Notes: generated by a model not told the origin, from the sequence alone. 64,000 bases of DNA from an uncultured Rikenellaceae bacterium (GCA_963770745.1 CAVYRA010000017.1:129642-193641); one strand, 5' to 3'; positions 8,790 through 17,828 are shown, counted from the first letter of the stretch. Made by a program: numbers and translations.

Positions 8790-9878
8790 TTATACGTTGA
8801 ACCTAATATGAAGAATGTCGCCATCGTCTACGACGTAACTCTTGCCTTCCACTGCCAGTTTGCCGGCTTCGCGGCAGGCGTGCTCTGAACCCAGGGACAT
8901 GAAGTCACTGTACTTCATCACCTCGGCCCTGATGAATCCTCTCTCGAGGTCTGAATGGATGACCCCGGCTGCCTGCGGTGCAGTCATGCCGGCGGTGATT
9001 GTCCAGGCCCTGATCTCCTTCGGACCAACGGTAAAGAATGTAAGCAGGTTGAGCATCTCATAGGCAGCCCTGACAAGCTTGTTGACGCCCGGTTCGGTCA
9101 GACCGGATGCCTGGAGGAATTCCAGCCGGTCTGCCTCCTCGGTGAGGTTGGCTATTTCTGCCTCCAGTGCGCCGGCAATTATCAACGGCTCAACCCCCCG
9201 GGCTGACAGGTACTCCCTGACAGCCTCAGTATGGCTGTTGCCGCTGACGGCAGAGGCCTCTTCAACATTGCAGACGAAAAGGACAGGTTTCATTGTCAGG
9301 AGAAAAATGTCATCGACATATTTCTTCTCCTCCGGCTTAATCTCCAGTGATGAGGCATTCCGGAAGCCCTCGAGGTGCTCCCTGTAACGGCTGAGTATCT
9401 CTATCCCGTGCTTTGCATCCTTATCGCCCGTTTTTGCGGCACGCTCCAGCCTCTGGATCTTCTTCTCCACTGATTCCACATCCTTGACCTGGAGTTCAAA
9501 CTCAACGTTCTCAAGGTCCCTGACAGGGTTTACCGGGCCGTCGATGTGAGGCAGATTGTCATCATCAAAGCAGCGCAGCACATGTATCAGCGCGTCGGTG
9601 TTCCTTATCTCTCCAAGAAGCCTGGCTCCTGAGCTGTCACCCTGACCCCTCACCAGTCCCGGGATGTCAACGATCTCCACAGTGGTATGGACTATCCGCT
9701 CCGTCGGCTGGTGCTTCTCCAGTTCATAGAGGCGCCTGTCAGGTACCTGTATCACTCCCAGGTTCGCCTTGACGCCCGTGCCAAAGGTATTTGTCTCTCC
9801 GCGTGTGTTGGATATGCAGTTGAAGATTGTGGTTTTCCCTGTACTGGTGATCCCTATAATTCCGCATTTCAATGCCAT
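8790..9878 (-). CDS. ychF: Redox-regulated ATPase YchF
   Basis: 362 aa. MALKCGIIGITSTGKTTIFN is the P-loop, and the TGS-like C-terminus reads ...GDILHIRFNV. Confidence 0.95.
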   Translation of the reverse strand: MALKCGIIGITSTGKTTIFNCISNTRGETNTFGTGVKANLGVIQVPDRRLYELEKHQPTERIVHTTVEIVDIPGLVRGQGDSSGARLLGEIRNTDALIHVLRCFDDDNLPHIDGPVNPVRDLENVEFELQVKDVESVEKKIQRLERAAKTGDKDAKHGIEILSRYREHLEGFRNASSLEIKPEEKKYVDDIFLLTMKPVLFVCNVEEASAVSGNSHTEAVREYLSARGVEPLIIAGALEAEIANLTEEADRLEFLQASGLTEPGVNKLVRAAYEMLNLLTFFTVGPKEIRAWTITAGMTAPQAAGVIHSDLERGFIRAEVMKYSDFMSLGSEHACREAGKLAVEGKSYVVDDGDILHIRFNV

Positions 9879-9958
9879 GTCGCCTTTTTCTGTTGCCCCA
9901 AAGTTATCAAAAAGAGCCGATCAGGAGCGTGGTACGCCAACGCGGCCTGCATTTTTAC

Positions 9959-9966
9959 TAATTTTG
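9959..9966 (+). promoter_or_regulatory. Candidate -7 box (TAATTTTG) for the ECF sigma operon
   Basis: Matches TAnnTTTG and lies 46 nt upstream of the ATG at 10012. Confidence 0.3.
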
Positions 9967-10011
9967 ACCTGCACATTAAACCATTGATGCCCCGGTGCAT
10001 CTCACTGACAA

Positions 10012-10572
10012 ATGCCATCGCTGAGGGTGATGCCAAAGATCACTGAAGAGGAAATAAAGAGTCTGATAAATACGGACGCCGAAAAAGCGTTCCGGCTGAT
10101 CATTGACATGTACGGTTCAAGGCTGTACTGGCATATCCGGCGCATGGTCATCATTCATGATGATGCCGATGACGTTCTTCAGAACACCTTCATCAGCGCC
10201 TGGAGGAATATTGCCGGCTTCAGGTATGACAGCTCGCTCCTGACATGGCTCTGGTCGATAGCCACCAACGAAGCCCTTACCCATATCAGAAAGCGGGAGA
10301 GACATAGCGCAGTGTCGCTTGACGATCTTGACGGTATCTTTGCGCAGGCGGTGGAAGGGAACTCCTACTTTGACGGTGACGAGGCTTCAGTTAAGCTCCA
10401 GAATGCCATCCTGAAACTGCCGGACAAACAGCGGGCAGTATTCAATATGAAGTACTTCGATGACATGAGCTACGAGGAGATGAGCGGGGTTACCGGGACT
10501 TCCGTGGGGGCCCTGAAGGCATCATACCATCATGCTGTGAAAAAAATTGAACAATATTTAAAAGACGATTAA
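10012..10572 (+). CDS. ECF-type RNA polymerase sigma-70 factor
   Basis: 186 aa with region 2 (DADDVLQNTFISAWRNI) and region 4 (LPDKQRAVFNMKYFDDMSYEEMSGVTGTSVGALKASYHHAVKKI). An alternative start lies at 10030. Confidence 0.9.
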   Translation: MPSLRVMPKITEEEIKSLINTDAEKAFRLIIDMYGSRLYWHIRRMVIIHDDADDVLQNTFISAWRNIAGFRYDSSLLTWLWSIATNEALTHIRKRERHSAVSLDDLDGIFAQAVEGNSYFDGDEASVKLQNAILKLPDKQRAVFNMKYFDDMSYEEMSGVTGTSVGALKASYHHAVKKIEQYLKDD

Positions 10573-10605
10573 ACCATTGCAACCTCTGAACATCCAAGTA
10601 GTGTC

Positions 10606-11106
10606 ATGAAAATCAATGATGAAATAAAAAAGAGCAATCCTTTCAAGGTTCCCGAAGGTTACTTTGATACGCTGACTGAAAGAACGATGTCAGCCATCAG
10701 GCAGAGCCGCGGGGAGGAAGATTCAGCCCTGGGGACAAGGTTATCCGGAGAGGCAGATGCAGCGAAGGAGGATGCGGCCCGAACAGAGAGAGGTACACCG
10801 GTTCGGCGCATTAGCTTCAGACCATTTCTGGCGCTTGCCGCTGCCATTCTGGCTTTTGCCCTGCTGGCCTCCGTGATGGTCAGGCTTGTGACGGGCGACA
10901 GGGCCTCAACCCGGTACGAAGCCGGTAACGGCCTGTATGCCGACCTGGCAGCTGAAGAGCTGGATACATATTTTATAGAGCATGAGCTGTTACAGACGGT
11001 ACCGGGAGAGATCACGGGAACGGAACAGCCGATCTCAACCGATGTCATCATTGACTACCTGATGACCGAGGATATTGACCTGAATGATATATATGAACTC
11101 TTATAA
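10606..11106 (+). CDS. Single-pass membrane protein, possible anti-sigma partner
   Basis: 166 aa, immediately downstream of the ECF sigma gene, with one TM helix (FLALAAAILAFALLASVMV). No zinc-finger anti-sigma motif was seen. Confidence 0.45.
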   Translation: MKINDEIKKSNPFKVPEGYFDTLTERTMSAIRQSRGEEDSALGTRLSGEADAAKEDAARTERGTPVRRISFRPFLALAAAILAFALLASVMVRLVTGDRASTRYEAGNGLYADLAAEELDTYFIEHELLQTVPGEITGTEQPISTDVIIDYLMTEDIDLNDIYELL

Positions 11107-11112
11107 AGCAAA

Positions 11113-11628
11113 ATGAACAAAGTACTCTATTTATTGATCGCAGTGATGCTCGCAGCCAGTGCAGCGCTGAACGCCCAGGGCCAGGGCCAGGGCATGGGAC
11201 AGAATGCGGGAGACAATGAAAAGCTCACCGCCTACAAGATAGCCTTTTTCACACAGAGGCTTGATCTCAACCCGGCGGAGGCCGAAAAGTTCTGGCCTTT
11301 GTACAACGACTTCTCCGCACGCAGGAACAAGCTGCTGGCTGACCGCCTTTCGCTTATGCGCTATGCGGCCCAGAACGAAGCAAACATGAGCAATGACGAG
11401 CTCTCGTCGACGGCGGACAGGCTCGCCGGAAGCTTCTCAGACGAAGCCACCATGGTGGTAGCGTTCAACAGTGACCTGAAAAAGGTTCTGCCCCCGGCCA
11501 AAGTCATCAGGCTATACCAGGTTGAGAACCAGTACAAACAGCAGTTGCTGCGCGAGCTGAATCAGAGGAGACAGGGGCAGGCACCCGGTGCGGGCGTCAG
11601 GGGCCGGGCCGGCCAGGTTCAGGACTGA
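11113..11628 (+). CDS. Periplasmic Spy/CpxP-like (LTxxQ-type) protein
   Basis: 171 aa with a signal peptide and helical repeats, for example KIAFFTQRLDLNPAEAEKFWPLYNDF. It is the third gene of the ECF module. Confidence 0.5.
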   Translation: MNKVLYLLIAVMLAASAALNAQGQGQGMGQNAGDNEKLTAYKIAFFTQRLDLNPAEAEKFWPLYNDFSARRNKLLADRLSLMRYAAQNEANMSNDELSSTADRLAGSFSDEATMVVAFNSDLKKVLPPAKVIRLYQVENQYKQQLLRELNQRRQGQAPGAGVRGRAGQVQD

Positions 11629-11675
11629 AGGTTAGTCCACAGTCTTCAGTCCACACTCCTCAGTCATGCTTTTTT

Positions 11676-11803
11676 GACTGCTGATTGCCGGCTGCCGGCT
11701 GAGACTATTGCCTACTGCCTATTGCCTACTGCCTGAATTAAGACTGCTGATTGCCGGCTGCCGGCTGAGACTATTGCCTACTGCCTATTGCCTACTGCCT
11801 GAA
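11676..11803. repeat. Perfect 62-bp direct repeat x2 (period 66) built from heptads, member of a dispersed family
   Basis: 11676-11737 and 11742-11803 are identical: gactgctgattgccggctgccggctgagactattgcctactgcctattgcctactgcctgaa. An inverted-orientation heptad run (agtccac agtcttc agtccac actcctc agtcatg) precedes it at 11634-11668. Confidence 0.9.
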
Positions 11804-13160
11804 CTATAAATGACGGGAGGGCTGACAGCGGGACGGTTGTCTGTTCTCCCGTTTTCATGTCCCTGACAGTTGCCTCTCCGGACGCTATCTCATTGCTGCC
11901 GGCAATTATCACTACCGCAATCTTCTGCGCGTCGGCATAGGAGAACTGCTTCTTGAGCCTGGTGGCGTCAGGATACAGTTCGGAAGCTATTCCGGCATCA
12001 CGCAGTGAGCCGACTATCTTCAGCAGCTCAGGCAGTTCTTCCCTGCCGAAGTTGATTACCAGCGCTTCCGTGGCTGATCCGGTCTGTTCCGGGAAGAGGC
12101 CCAGCTGAAGCATAACATCATAGATCCTGTCTGCGCCAAAGGATACGCCTACGCCGGAGACACCCGGCAGGCCGAAGATACCTGTGAGATCATCATACCT
12201 TCCGCCCCCGCATATGCTTCCTATGGATGCATCGGCAGCCTTCACCTCGATGATGGCACCTGTGTAGTAATTAAGTCCGCGGGCAAGCGAAAGATCCAGC
12301 TCCACTTCAGCCCGCGACGGTTCCATTTCAAGGTAGCTGAAGAGCTCTTCCATCTCTGAGATGCCCTTCATTCCTGTCTCCGAAGATGCCAGCACTCCTT
12401 TCAGCTCAACGAGTTTTGACATCGGTGATCCGCTCAGGCTGAACACCGGCTCAAGCCGCGAGATAACCTCCGGGGCCAGGCCGCGCTGCAACAGCTCCTG
12501 TCTTACACCCTCCTGCCCGATCTTGTCAAGCTTGTCAATGGCCACTGTTATGTCGGTGATCCTCTCCCCTGCTCCTGCCATCTCAGCGATGCCGGCGAGG
12601 ATCTTCCGGTTGTTTAACTTAATCACAACCCTGATATTCAGCTCGCTGAAGACGCGGTCAATGATCCTGACAAGTTCAAACTCATTGAGAAGCGAGTCAC
12701 TGCCGATGACATCGACATCACACTGGAAAAACTCGCGGTACCTTCCCTTCTGGGGTTTGTCTGCCCTCCAGACGGGCTGTATCTGGTATCTCCTGAAGGG
12801 GAAGGTGATCTCAGCGCGATGCTGTACAACGTACCGTGCGAAGGGTACTGTCAGGTCGTAGCGGAGTCCCTTTTCACATATTAGCTGAGAGAGCGTTGCA
12901 CTCTCTGCCTGAGCGAGCGATGAAGCGGGAATGTCAGACAGGAAGTTTCCCGAATTGAGTATTCTGAATAACAGCCTGTCGCCCTCCTCCCCGTATTTTC
13001 CAAGGAGCGTTGAAAGGTTTTCCATGGCCGGTGTCTCAAGCGGCAGGTAGCCGAAGAGGGAAAAAATCTTCCGGATTATATCGAATATATAATTACGGCG
13101 CAGCATCTCCACGGGAGAGAAGTCACGCGTGCCCCTGGGAATGGAAGGTTTCTGAGACAT
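11778..13160 (-). CDS. hisS: Histidine--tRNA ligase
   Basis: 460 aa with class II aaRS motifs ([20 protein letters not shown]) and an anticodon-binding C-terminal domain. The last codons (…VQAVGNRQ*) are encoded inside repeat copy 2. Confidence 0.95.
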   Translation of the reverse strand: MSQKPSIPRGTRDFSPVEMLRRNYIFDIIRKIFSLFGYLPLETPAMENLSTLLGKYGEEGDRLLFRILNSGNFLSDIPASSLAQAESATLSQLICEKGLRYDLTVPFARYVVQHRAEITFPFRRYQIQPVWRADKPQKGRYREFFQCDVDVIGSDSLLNEFELVRIIDRVFSELNIRVVIKLNNRKILAGIAEMAGAGERITDITVAIDKLDKIGQEGVRQELLQRGLAPEVISRLEPVFSLSGSPMSKLVELKGVLASSETGMKGISEMEELFSYLEMEPSRAEVELDLSLARGLNYYTGAIIEVKAADASIGSICGGGRYDDLTGIFGLPGVSGVGVSFGADRIYDVMLQLGLFPEQTGSATEALVINFGREELPELLKIVGSLRDAGIASELYPDATRLKKQFSYADAQKIAVVIIAGSNEIASGEATVRDMKTGEQTTVPLSALPSFIVQAVGNRQ

Positions 13161-13179
13161 ATCGGGAATGATTTCCCGA

Positions 13180-13187
13180 CAAAAATA
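13180..13187 (-). promoter_or_regulatory. Candidate -7 box (TATTTTTG) for hisS
   Basis: The plus strand reads caaaaata, which is minus-strand TATTTTTG. It lies 20 nt upstream of the hisS ATG. Confidence 0.35.
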
Positions 13188-13218
13188 GGAAAAAATTGCC
13201 TGGTCAGACGCATCAACG

Positions 13219-13247
13219 GCAGAGACAGGTCTCAGACCTGTCTCTGC
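13219..13247 (-). terminator. Perfect 13-bp stem hairpin downstream of the DUF4870-like operon
   Basis: gcagagacaggtc-tca-gacctgtctctgc. There is no adjacent U-tract, so factor-independent termination is unproven. Confidence 0.45.
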
Positions 13248-13268
13248 TTAATAGTGATGAAAGATATC

Positions 13269-13625
13269 CTATTGTATGAACGGGATCGACAGGGGGTACT
13301 TGAAAAATTCGCCCTTTGCTGACCTGGTGCTTGCCAGAATGATGCAGACGAACTCAAGTACGAGGAGCGCAAAAAGCAGCGGTATGCCAACTATGATGAA
13401 GCATAACGGGATAAGCAGTACCGTATAGAGGAGCATGGAAATCTGGAAATTGAGTGAAGCTTTTCCGTTGGCGTTTACCCACTCTGACTCATCCTTTCTG
13501 GATATCCAGCAGATCACCGGGCCGACTATTCCTCCGAAGGGAAAGAAGTAACCCGCGAAGGCCGACAGGTGGCAGAACATTGCCCAGTCGCGTTCCGATT
13601 GAGTGTATGTCTTAATCTCTTCCAT
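13269..13625 (-). CDS. DUF4870-like small membrane protein
   Basis: The ATG at 13623-13625 gives MEEIKTYTQSERDWAMFCHLSAFAGYFFPFGGIVGPVICWISRKDESEWVNANGKASLNFQIS..., which fits the DUF4870 pattern as I remember it. The track start at 13658 is TTG. Confidence 0.65.
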   Translation of the reverse strand: MEEIKTYTQSERDWAMFCHLSAFAGYFFPFGGIVGPVICWISRKDESEWVNANGKASLNFQISMLLYTVLLIPLCFIIVGIPLLFALLVLEFVCIILASTRSAKGEFFKYPLSIPFIQ

Positions 13626-13670
13626 TGATTTTATTTTAAAGACGGTATGCCAGGGCAAAATGCTGCATCA

Positions 13671-14522
13671 TCAGAAACGTGCCAGTCTTTTCAGGTCACT
13701 GATCAGCAGTCCGTTTGCGTTCCTGCTGTCAACGAGGTGACTGTCATAGTAATACATCACAGCATCATCGGTTCCGAGAAGCATCTTCATGCATGTTCCC
13801 GTCTGTTTGACACCGTCAGGCCCCACCTTATGCACGATCAGGACATCCTTTTCCTTCGCGTCAATGGCCCTGATTATCTCCTCCTCGTCAACGATCCTGA
13901 CCTTGTTGGGGTAATGGGTACTTATCCTTGCTTCGGTATTGATCTCCGGAGCCAGGTCATCCTCCCTCACCAGTATTGTCTTTCCCTTTATGTCAGGAAC
14001 ATTTTTGTTATAGTATTTCAGATAGCGCAGCGCCGATGTAGTGGGGTTCTTAATGACCAGGTCAGCATGATATTGCATGAACCTGATTATCAGGCCCAGC
14101 TTATAGCTGTACTCCTCCTCGGGAGCCCCTGCAAATGAGAGAGGTATGGCGCAAAACTCCGGAAGCTCATCAAGGTTCTCAACGTCAGCGCCCATGAGGA
14201 GGTTGAGAAAGTCGTATGCCGAGCCCGACTTGTCATTGCTGAAGTTGGTTATGGTCAGAACAATAAACGACAGGGAAGGGTCTGTGCGCGTAAGATTGAA
14301 CTCTTTCTCCGTAATGAATTTTACGGGAGTCACCTTCCAGTATTTTTCAATAGCGCTTTTGATCTCAACGTTGTAAAACGAAAACGGGTTTTCTTCAAGC
14401 ACGACGCAGGTTACAGAAGATCTGAACTTTTCAGCATGCTCAACGGTAGGATAAGGCCTCTGCTGGGCTGTTGCCACCAGGGCGGAAAGGGTCAGCAGGG
14501 CGGTCAGGGCAGTTCTCTTCAT
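13671..14522 (-). CDS. Secreted hypothetical protein
   Basis: The internal ATG at 14520-14522 gives MKRTALTALLTLSALVATAQQ (signal peptide). With the longer track ORF start it would overlap the upstream gene. I recognise no family. Confidence 0.6.
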   Translation of the reverse strand: MKRTALTALLTLSALVATAQQRPYPTVEHAEKFRSSVTCVVLEENPFSFYNVEIKSAIEKYWKVTPVKFITEKEFNLTRTDPSLSFIVLTITNFSNDKSGSAYDFLNLLMGADVENLDELPEFCAIPLSFAGAPEEEYSYKLGLIIRFMQYHADLVIKNPTTSALRYLKYYNKNVPDIKGKTILVREDDLAPEINTEARISTHYPNKVRIVDEEEIIRAIDAKEKDVLIVHKVGPDGVKQTGTCMKMLLGTDDAVMYYYDSHLVDSRNANGLLISDLKRLARF

Positions 14523-14529
14523 TCCCGGG

Positions 14530-15282
14530 TTATTTGTCTGATGGTAAAAATATTGGGTGCTTTTCGTTGAACTTTCTAAGGTAGACAAACATAAGCTTCT
14601 TCTGGTTCTTGTTGCGCATGGAGACAAATTCCTCATAGAGCTCGGGATCCTTCATCAGCAGCACCTCCAGGTTCTCGAGGTCATATTCGAATGATTTCCC
14701 GGTCTCAAAGTCGATCATGAACATCCTCAGGTCCGTCCGCGAGGGGTTGTTCCTGTAGGGATATCCCCCCATGCCATAGGGATCATAGTACCTTGATGAG
14801 TAGGGACTGTAATAATATGGCGAATAGAATGACCTGTAGGGAGAATAATATGGGTCATAATATCCGTACGGATTATAGCCTGTGGTGGTGGTGGTGACAT
14901 CCGCCACGAAATGGATGATTGAACCGAAAAAAGTAATCCGGTTATAAGTTCCCTGCACCTTAATGTATAGCACACCGTTACGGGCAAAGCCCCAGATGGC
15001 ATCTTTCTCGATCTCCTGCCTTACGCCCATGTTGTCATAGAAGTATATCTTCTCTGATGAGATCACCTGGTCAAAGAAATCCTTGTCGTTATAATCGACT
15101 GAAGTAAAAAGTTTGGCTTTCGGGATAGGGCTGTTTGCCTTCACCATGTCAAAGTTCAGATAGATCCCATCCCTGAATTTGAAGTCAGGTGTATACTGAA
15201 CAAGAGTATCCCTCTGCACGGCGCTGATCATGCCGGAGGCAATCACGAAGGCGATCAGTGTCACTACGGTCTTTTTCATCAT
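14530..15282 (-). CDS. Secreted hypothetical protein with Tyr/Pro/Ser-rich insert
   Basis: 250 aa with signal/anchor MMKKTVVTLIAFVIASGMISA. Residues 135-180 read GYNPYGYYDPYYSPYRSFYSPYYYSPYSSRYYDPYGMGGYPYRNNP. Confidence 0.65.
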   Translation of the reverse strand: MMKKTVVTLIAFVIASGMISAVQRDTLVQYTPDFKFRDGIYLNFDMVKANSPIPKAKLFTSVDYNDKDFFDQVISSEKIYFYDNMGVRQEIEKDAIWGFARNGVLYIKVQGTYNRITFFGSIIHFVADVTTTTTGYNPYGYYDPYYSPYRSFYSPYYYSPYSSRYYDPYGMGGYPYRNNPSRTDLRMFMIDFETGKSFEYDLENLEVLLMKDPELYEEFVSMRNKNQKKLMFVYLRKFNEKHPIFLPSDK

Positions 15283-15311
15283 AGCAGAAGCTGATTAATA
15301 AGGTATGATGG

Positions 15312-15370
15312 AACACCCATGCTTTTGCATTTTTTACTGATATGTGTGTACATCGGGTAGCATGGGTGTT
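15312..15370. promoter_or_regulatory. 11-bp inverted repeat in the divergent control region / 5' leader
   Basis: aacacccatgc (15312-15322) is the reverse complement of gcatgggtgtt (15360-15370), with a 37-nt spacer. It lies between a candidate minus-strand -7 box and the start at 15282. Confidence 0.35.
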
Positions 15371-15386
15371 TCATCACACTCTTTTT

Positions 15387-15394
15387 CAAATTTA
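15387..15394 (-). promoter_or_regulatory. Candidate -7 box (TAAATTTG) for the 15282-13269 operon
   Basis: The plus strand reads caaattta, which is minus-strand TAAATTTG and matches TAnnTTTG. Confidence 0.3.
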
Positions 15395-15477
15395 CCTCAA
15401 ATATTGTACCGTAAGGCAAAAATAATCTTTTATGGAGACTGAAAGCAACCCTCTCTTCATCTTTATTTAAATTCATG

Positions 15478-15485
15478 TATCTTTG
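15478..15485 (+). promoter_or_regulatory. Candidate -7 box (TATCTTTG) for the hybrid kinase gene
   Basis: Matches TAnnTTTG. It lies 29 nt upstream of the ATG at 15514. Confidence 0.35.
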
Positions 15486-15513
15486 AGTGTCATTTTTCTA
15501 CTGCTCTCACAAT

Positions 15514-16845
15514 ATGCCCAGAAGAACAAGAGCCGCTGCCATTCCTCATTCAGACCTGATGACCCGCAGGACCAGGGACCGGATACTTCTGCCTGTTGCT
15601 GTCGCTCTGCTGCTTTTAATCATTTCTCTCTCCACCGCCCTGGCGGGCATGGTTTACGCACCCCTGGTGACCGGTGGGCTGGCGCTCGTTCCCCTCGTGA
15701 TGGCGGTCTATGAACTGCGAAGGCTGATAGCTGACAGCAGGACGATCATCAGGGAGCTTGCCTCCATTGCAGAGAAGAATGAGGATGTGATCAACTCCTT
15801 TTCCCACAATATCAGGGAGCCGCTCAACAACCTTGTGCTCCTGGGCAACATGCTGAGCGAGACAACCACCTCACCCAAGCAGCAGGAGCTTGTCGAGACC
15901 TTCATCGCCTCCACCGGCTCTATGGTTGAAGTGGTCAATGAGCTGACCATGGAGACGGCAGGCAACATCACTTTTGAAAGAAGAGGTGATATTCGATTCA
16001 GGCTCGGGCCCATTATCAGGGACACCATCGAGCTGATGAAGCTAAACCGGAGCCATGAGCAGTGCCTTATCATCTATGATGACCGCGGTGAAGGTGACAC
16101 GGAATACATGGGTGATCCCATCATACTGAAACAGATACTCATAGACCTGCTCAGCGCCGCCATCTCAGGCACCGCGGGCAAGGTAGCCATCAAGATACAG
16201 GCCCGGGAAGCCGGTGAGCGTGACGGTAGTCATAAGGTGGAATTCACGCTGTCATCAAACAATCCTGTGGTCTTCATCGGCGAGGGCAGGCAGCCGTGGC
16301 CACTGTCCGGCAGGCTGATACATGACACCGGGGGCAACTGGCAGGAGACAAGCGCCGGTGCCGGGTCATATTTTGTATTCTTTGTCAACATGCGGAAAGC
16401 GGGCAAGATCGAAAGGCCTGCCGCAGCCAGCACGCTGATCAAAGGAATGACCGGTGAAAAAAACAAAAAGGAGCTCAAGGATCTTTCCATACTCCTTGTT
16501 GAAGACAACCCCATCAACCAGCGTATCACCCAGCTCATGCTTGAACCGCTGGTCAAGCGTTTCGAGGTTGCCCGCAATGGCAAGGAGGCTCTTGACATGT
16601 TCGGCACCTCACGTTATGACCTCATTCTAATGGACGTACAGATGCCTGTGATGAACGGACTGGTGGCAGCTGACAAGATCAGAGGTCTTGAGATGAGCAC
16701 ACAGGCACATGTGCCGATTATTGCCATCACGGCCAACGCCATGCTGGGCGACAGGGAGCAGTGCCTCGCAGTGGGTATGGATGATTACATAAGTAAACCC
16801 ATTGAACCAGAGGTGCTTATAGAGAAGATCAGAGCCCTGATCTGA
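15514..16845 (+). CDS. Hybrid sensor histidine kinase / response regulator with atypical ATP-binding domain
   Basis: Two TM helices, an H-box FSHNIREPLNNL and a C-terminal receiver (LLVEDNPINQ...DLILMDVQMPVMNG...ITANA...DDYISKP). The track start at 15487 is GTG, and the first ATG at 15514 fits the -7 box. Confidence 0.8.
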   Translation: MPRRTRAAAIPHSDLMTRRTRDRILLPVAVALLLLIISLSTALAGMVYAPLVTGGLALVPLVMAVYELRRLIADSRTIIRELASIAEKNEDVINSFSHNIREPLNNLVLLGNMLSETTTSPKQQELVETFIASTGSMVEVVNELTMETAGNITFERRGDIRFRLGPIIRDTIELMKLNRSHEQCLIIYDDRGEGDTEYMGDPIILKQILIDLLSAAISGTAGKVAIKIQAREAGERDGSHKVEFTLSSNNPVVFIGEGRQPWPLSGRLIHDTGGNWQETSAGAGSYFVFFVNMRKAGKIERPAAASTLIKGMTGEKNKKELKDLSILLVEDNPINQRITQLMLEPLVKRFEVARNGKEALDMFGTSRYDLILMDVQMPVMNGLVAADKIRGLEMSTQAHVPIIAITANAMLGDREQCLAVGMDDYISKPIEPEVLIEKIRALI

Positions 16846-16847
16846 CC

Positions 16848-17828
16848 TCAGAAGGGCTTCACCCCAAGAATCATCATGTCATCAATCTGGTCATGGCCAT
16901 CCATCCATGAGGTAATGGTCTCATCCAGTATCCTCTCCTGGTCAAGGAGCGGGTACTTGCTGATGGTAAGCAGGAGATGTCTCAGGCGGCGGTACATGAA
17001 CTTCTTGTTCTCCGGCCCTCCGAACTGGTCTGCGTATCCGTCGGAGAAGAGGTAGAGGATATCGCCCTCCCGGAGTCTGAAGGTGCTGCGGTTGAATGAG
17101 ACCATGGCGAAAGACTGTACCACGTTCTTCTTGTCTCCCTTGATCTCAATCAGTTTGTCGTCACGCACGATATAGACAGGCAGGAAAGCGCCCGAGAAGG
17201 CCATCTCCTTGGTGTTCTTATCGATGATGCAGATACTCATCTCTATGCCGTCACGTATCAGGGCCTTGCCGCTCTCCTCCTTGAAGAAGGCCGATTCCAG
17301 CTCTTTATTCATGGTTAGGAGCAGCTGGTCGCTGTCATCAACTCCCATCTCGTTTATGATCTTCTGTATCAGTTCCAGCCCGATCATGGACATGAGGGCT
17401 CCGGGCACCCCGTGTCCGGTACAGTCAGCCGCCGCGATGAAATACTTGTCATCCTTCTCGCTGAACCAGTAGAAATCGCCGCTCACGATGTGCTTGGGGC
17501 GGTAATATATAAAGTAGTCGTTGAATATCTTCCTGATATGATGTTCAGCCGGCAGGAGCGCCGCCTGGATCCTGCAGGCATAGTTCAGGCTGTCGGTAAG
17601 GTCCTTGTTGCGCAGTTGCAGTTCCGAGCGCTGGATATCGATCTCATTATATGCGCTCTTTATCTCTGTCAGGTGTTTTCGGGTGCGCAGCAGAACCCAG
17701 AACTGCAATATGGCAAGGTAAATGAGGGCTACAATGATGAATACGGCTATGGCATAGTTAATGACAGGGTTGTCTCTCAGGCCGGGAGCCATCGCCAGGA
17801 GTGCAGCCGGTGGCAGGAGAGTGTTCAC
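16848..17828 (-). CDS. PP2C/SpoIIE-family serine phosphatase with N-terminal TM helix and coiled coil
   Basis: 326 aa with the motifs GDFYWF, DCTGHGVPGALMSMIG and DGYADQFGG. The GTG start overlaps the UbiD-family stop (GTGA). An alternative ATG lies at 17792. Confidence 0.85.
   Translation of the reverse strand: MNTLLPPAALLAMAPGLRDNPVINYAIAVFIIVALIYLAILQFWVLLRTRKHLTEIKSAYNEIDIQRSELQLRNKDLTDSLNYACRIQAALLPAEHHIRKIFNDYFIYYRPKHIVSGDFYWFSEKDDKYFIAAADCTGHGVPGALMSMIGLELIQKIINEMGVDDSDQLLLTMNKELESAFFKEESGKALIRDGIEMSICIIDKNTKEMAFSGAFLPVYIVRDDKLIEIKGDKKNVVQSFAMVSFNRSTFRLREGDILYLFSDGYADQFGGPENKKFMYRRLRHLLLTISKYPLLDQERILDETITSWMDGHDQIDDMMILGVKPF

Noticed and set aside
11634-11803. CRISPR array or minisatellite-encoded peptide interpretation of the heptad repeats (also 59153-59465)
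   Set aside because: The array has only two long units with 3-4 nt between them. There are no unique spacers of 25-40 nt, no leader and no cas genes. The internal 7-nt structure is unlike CRISPR repeats.
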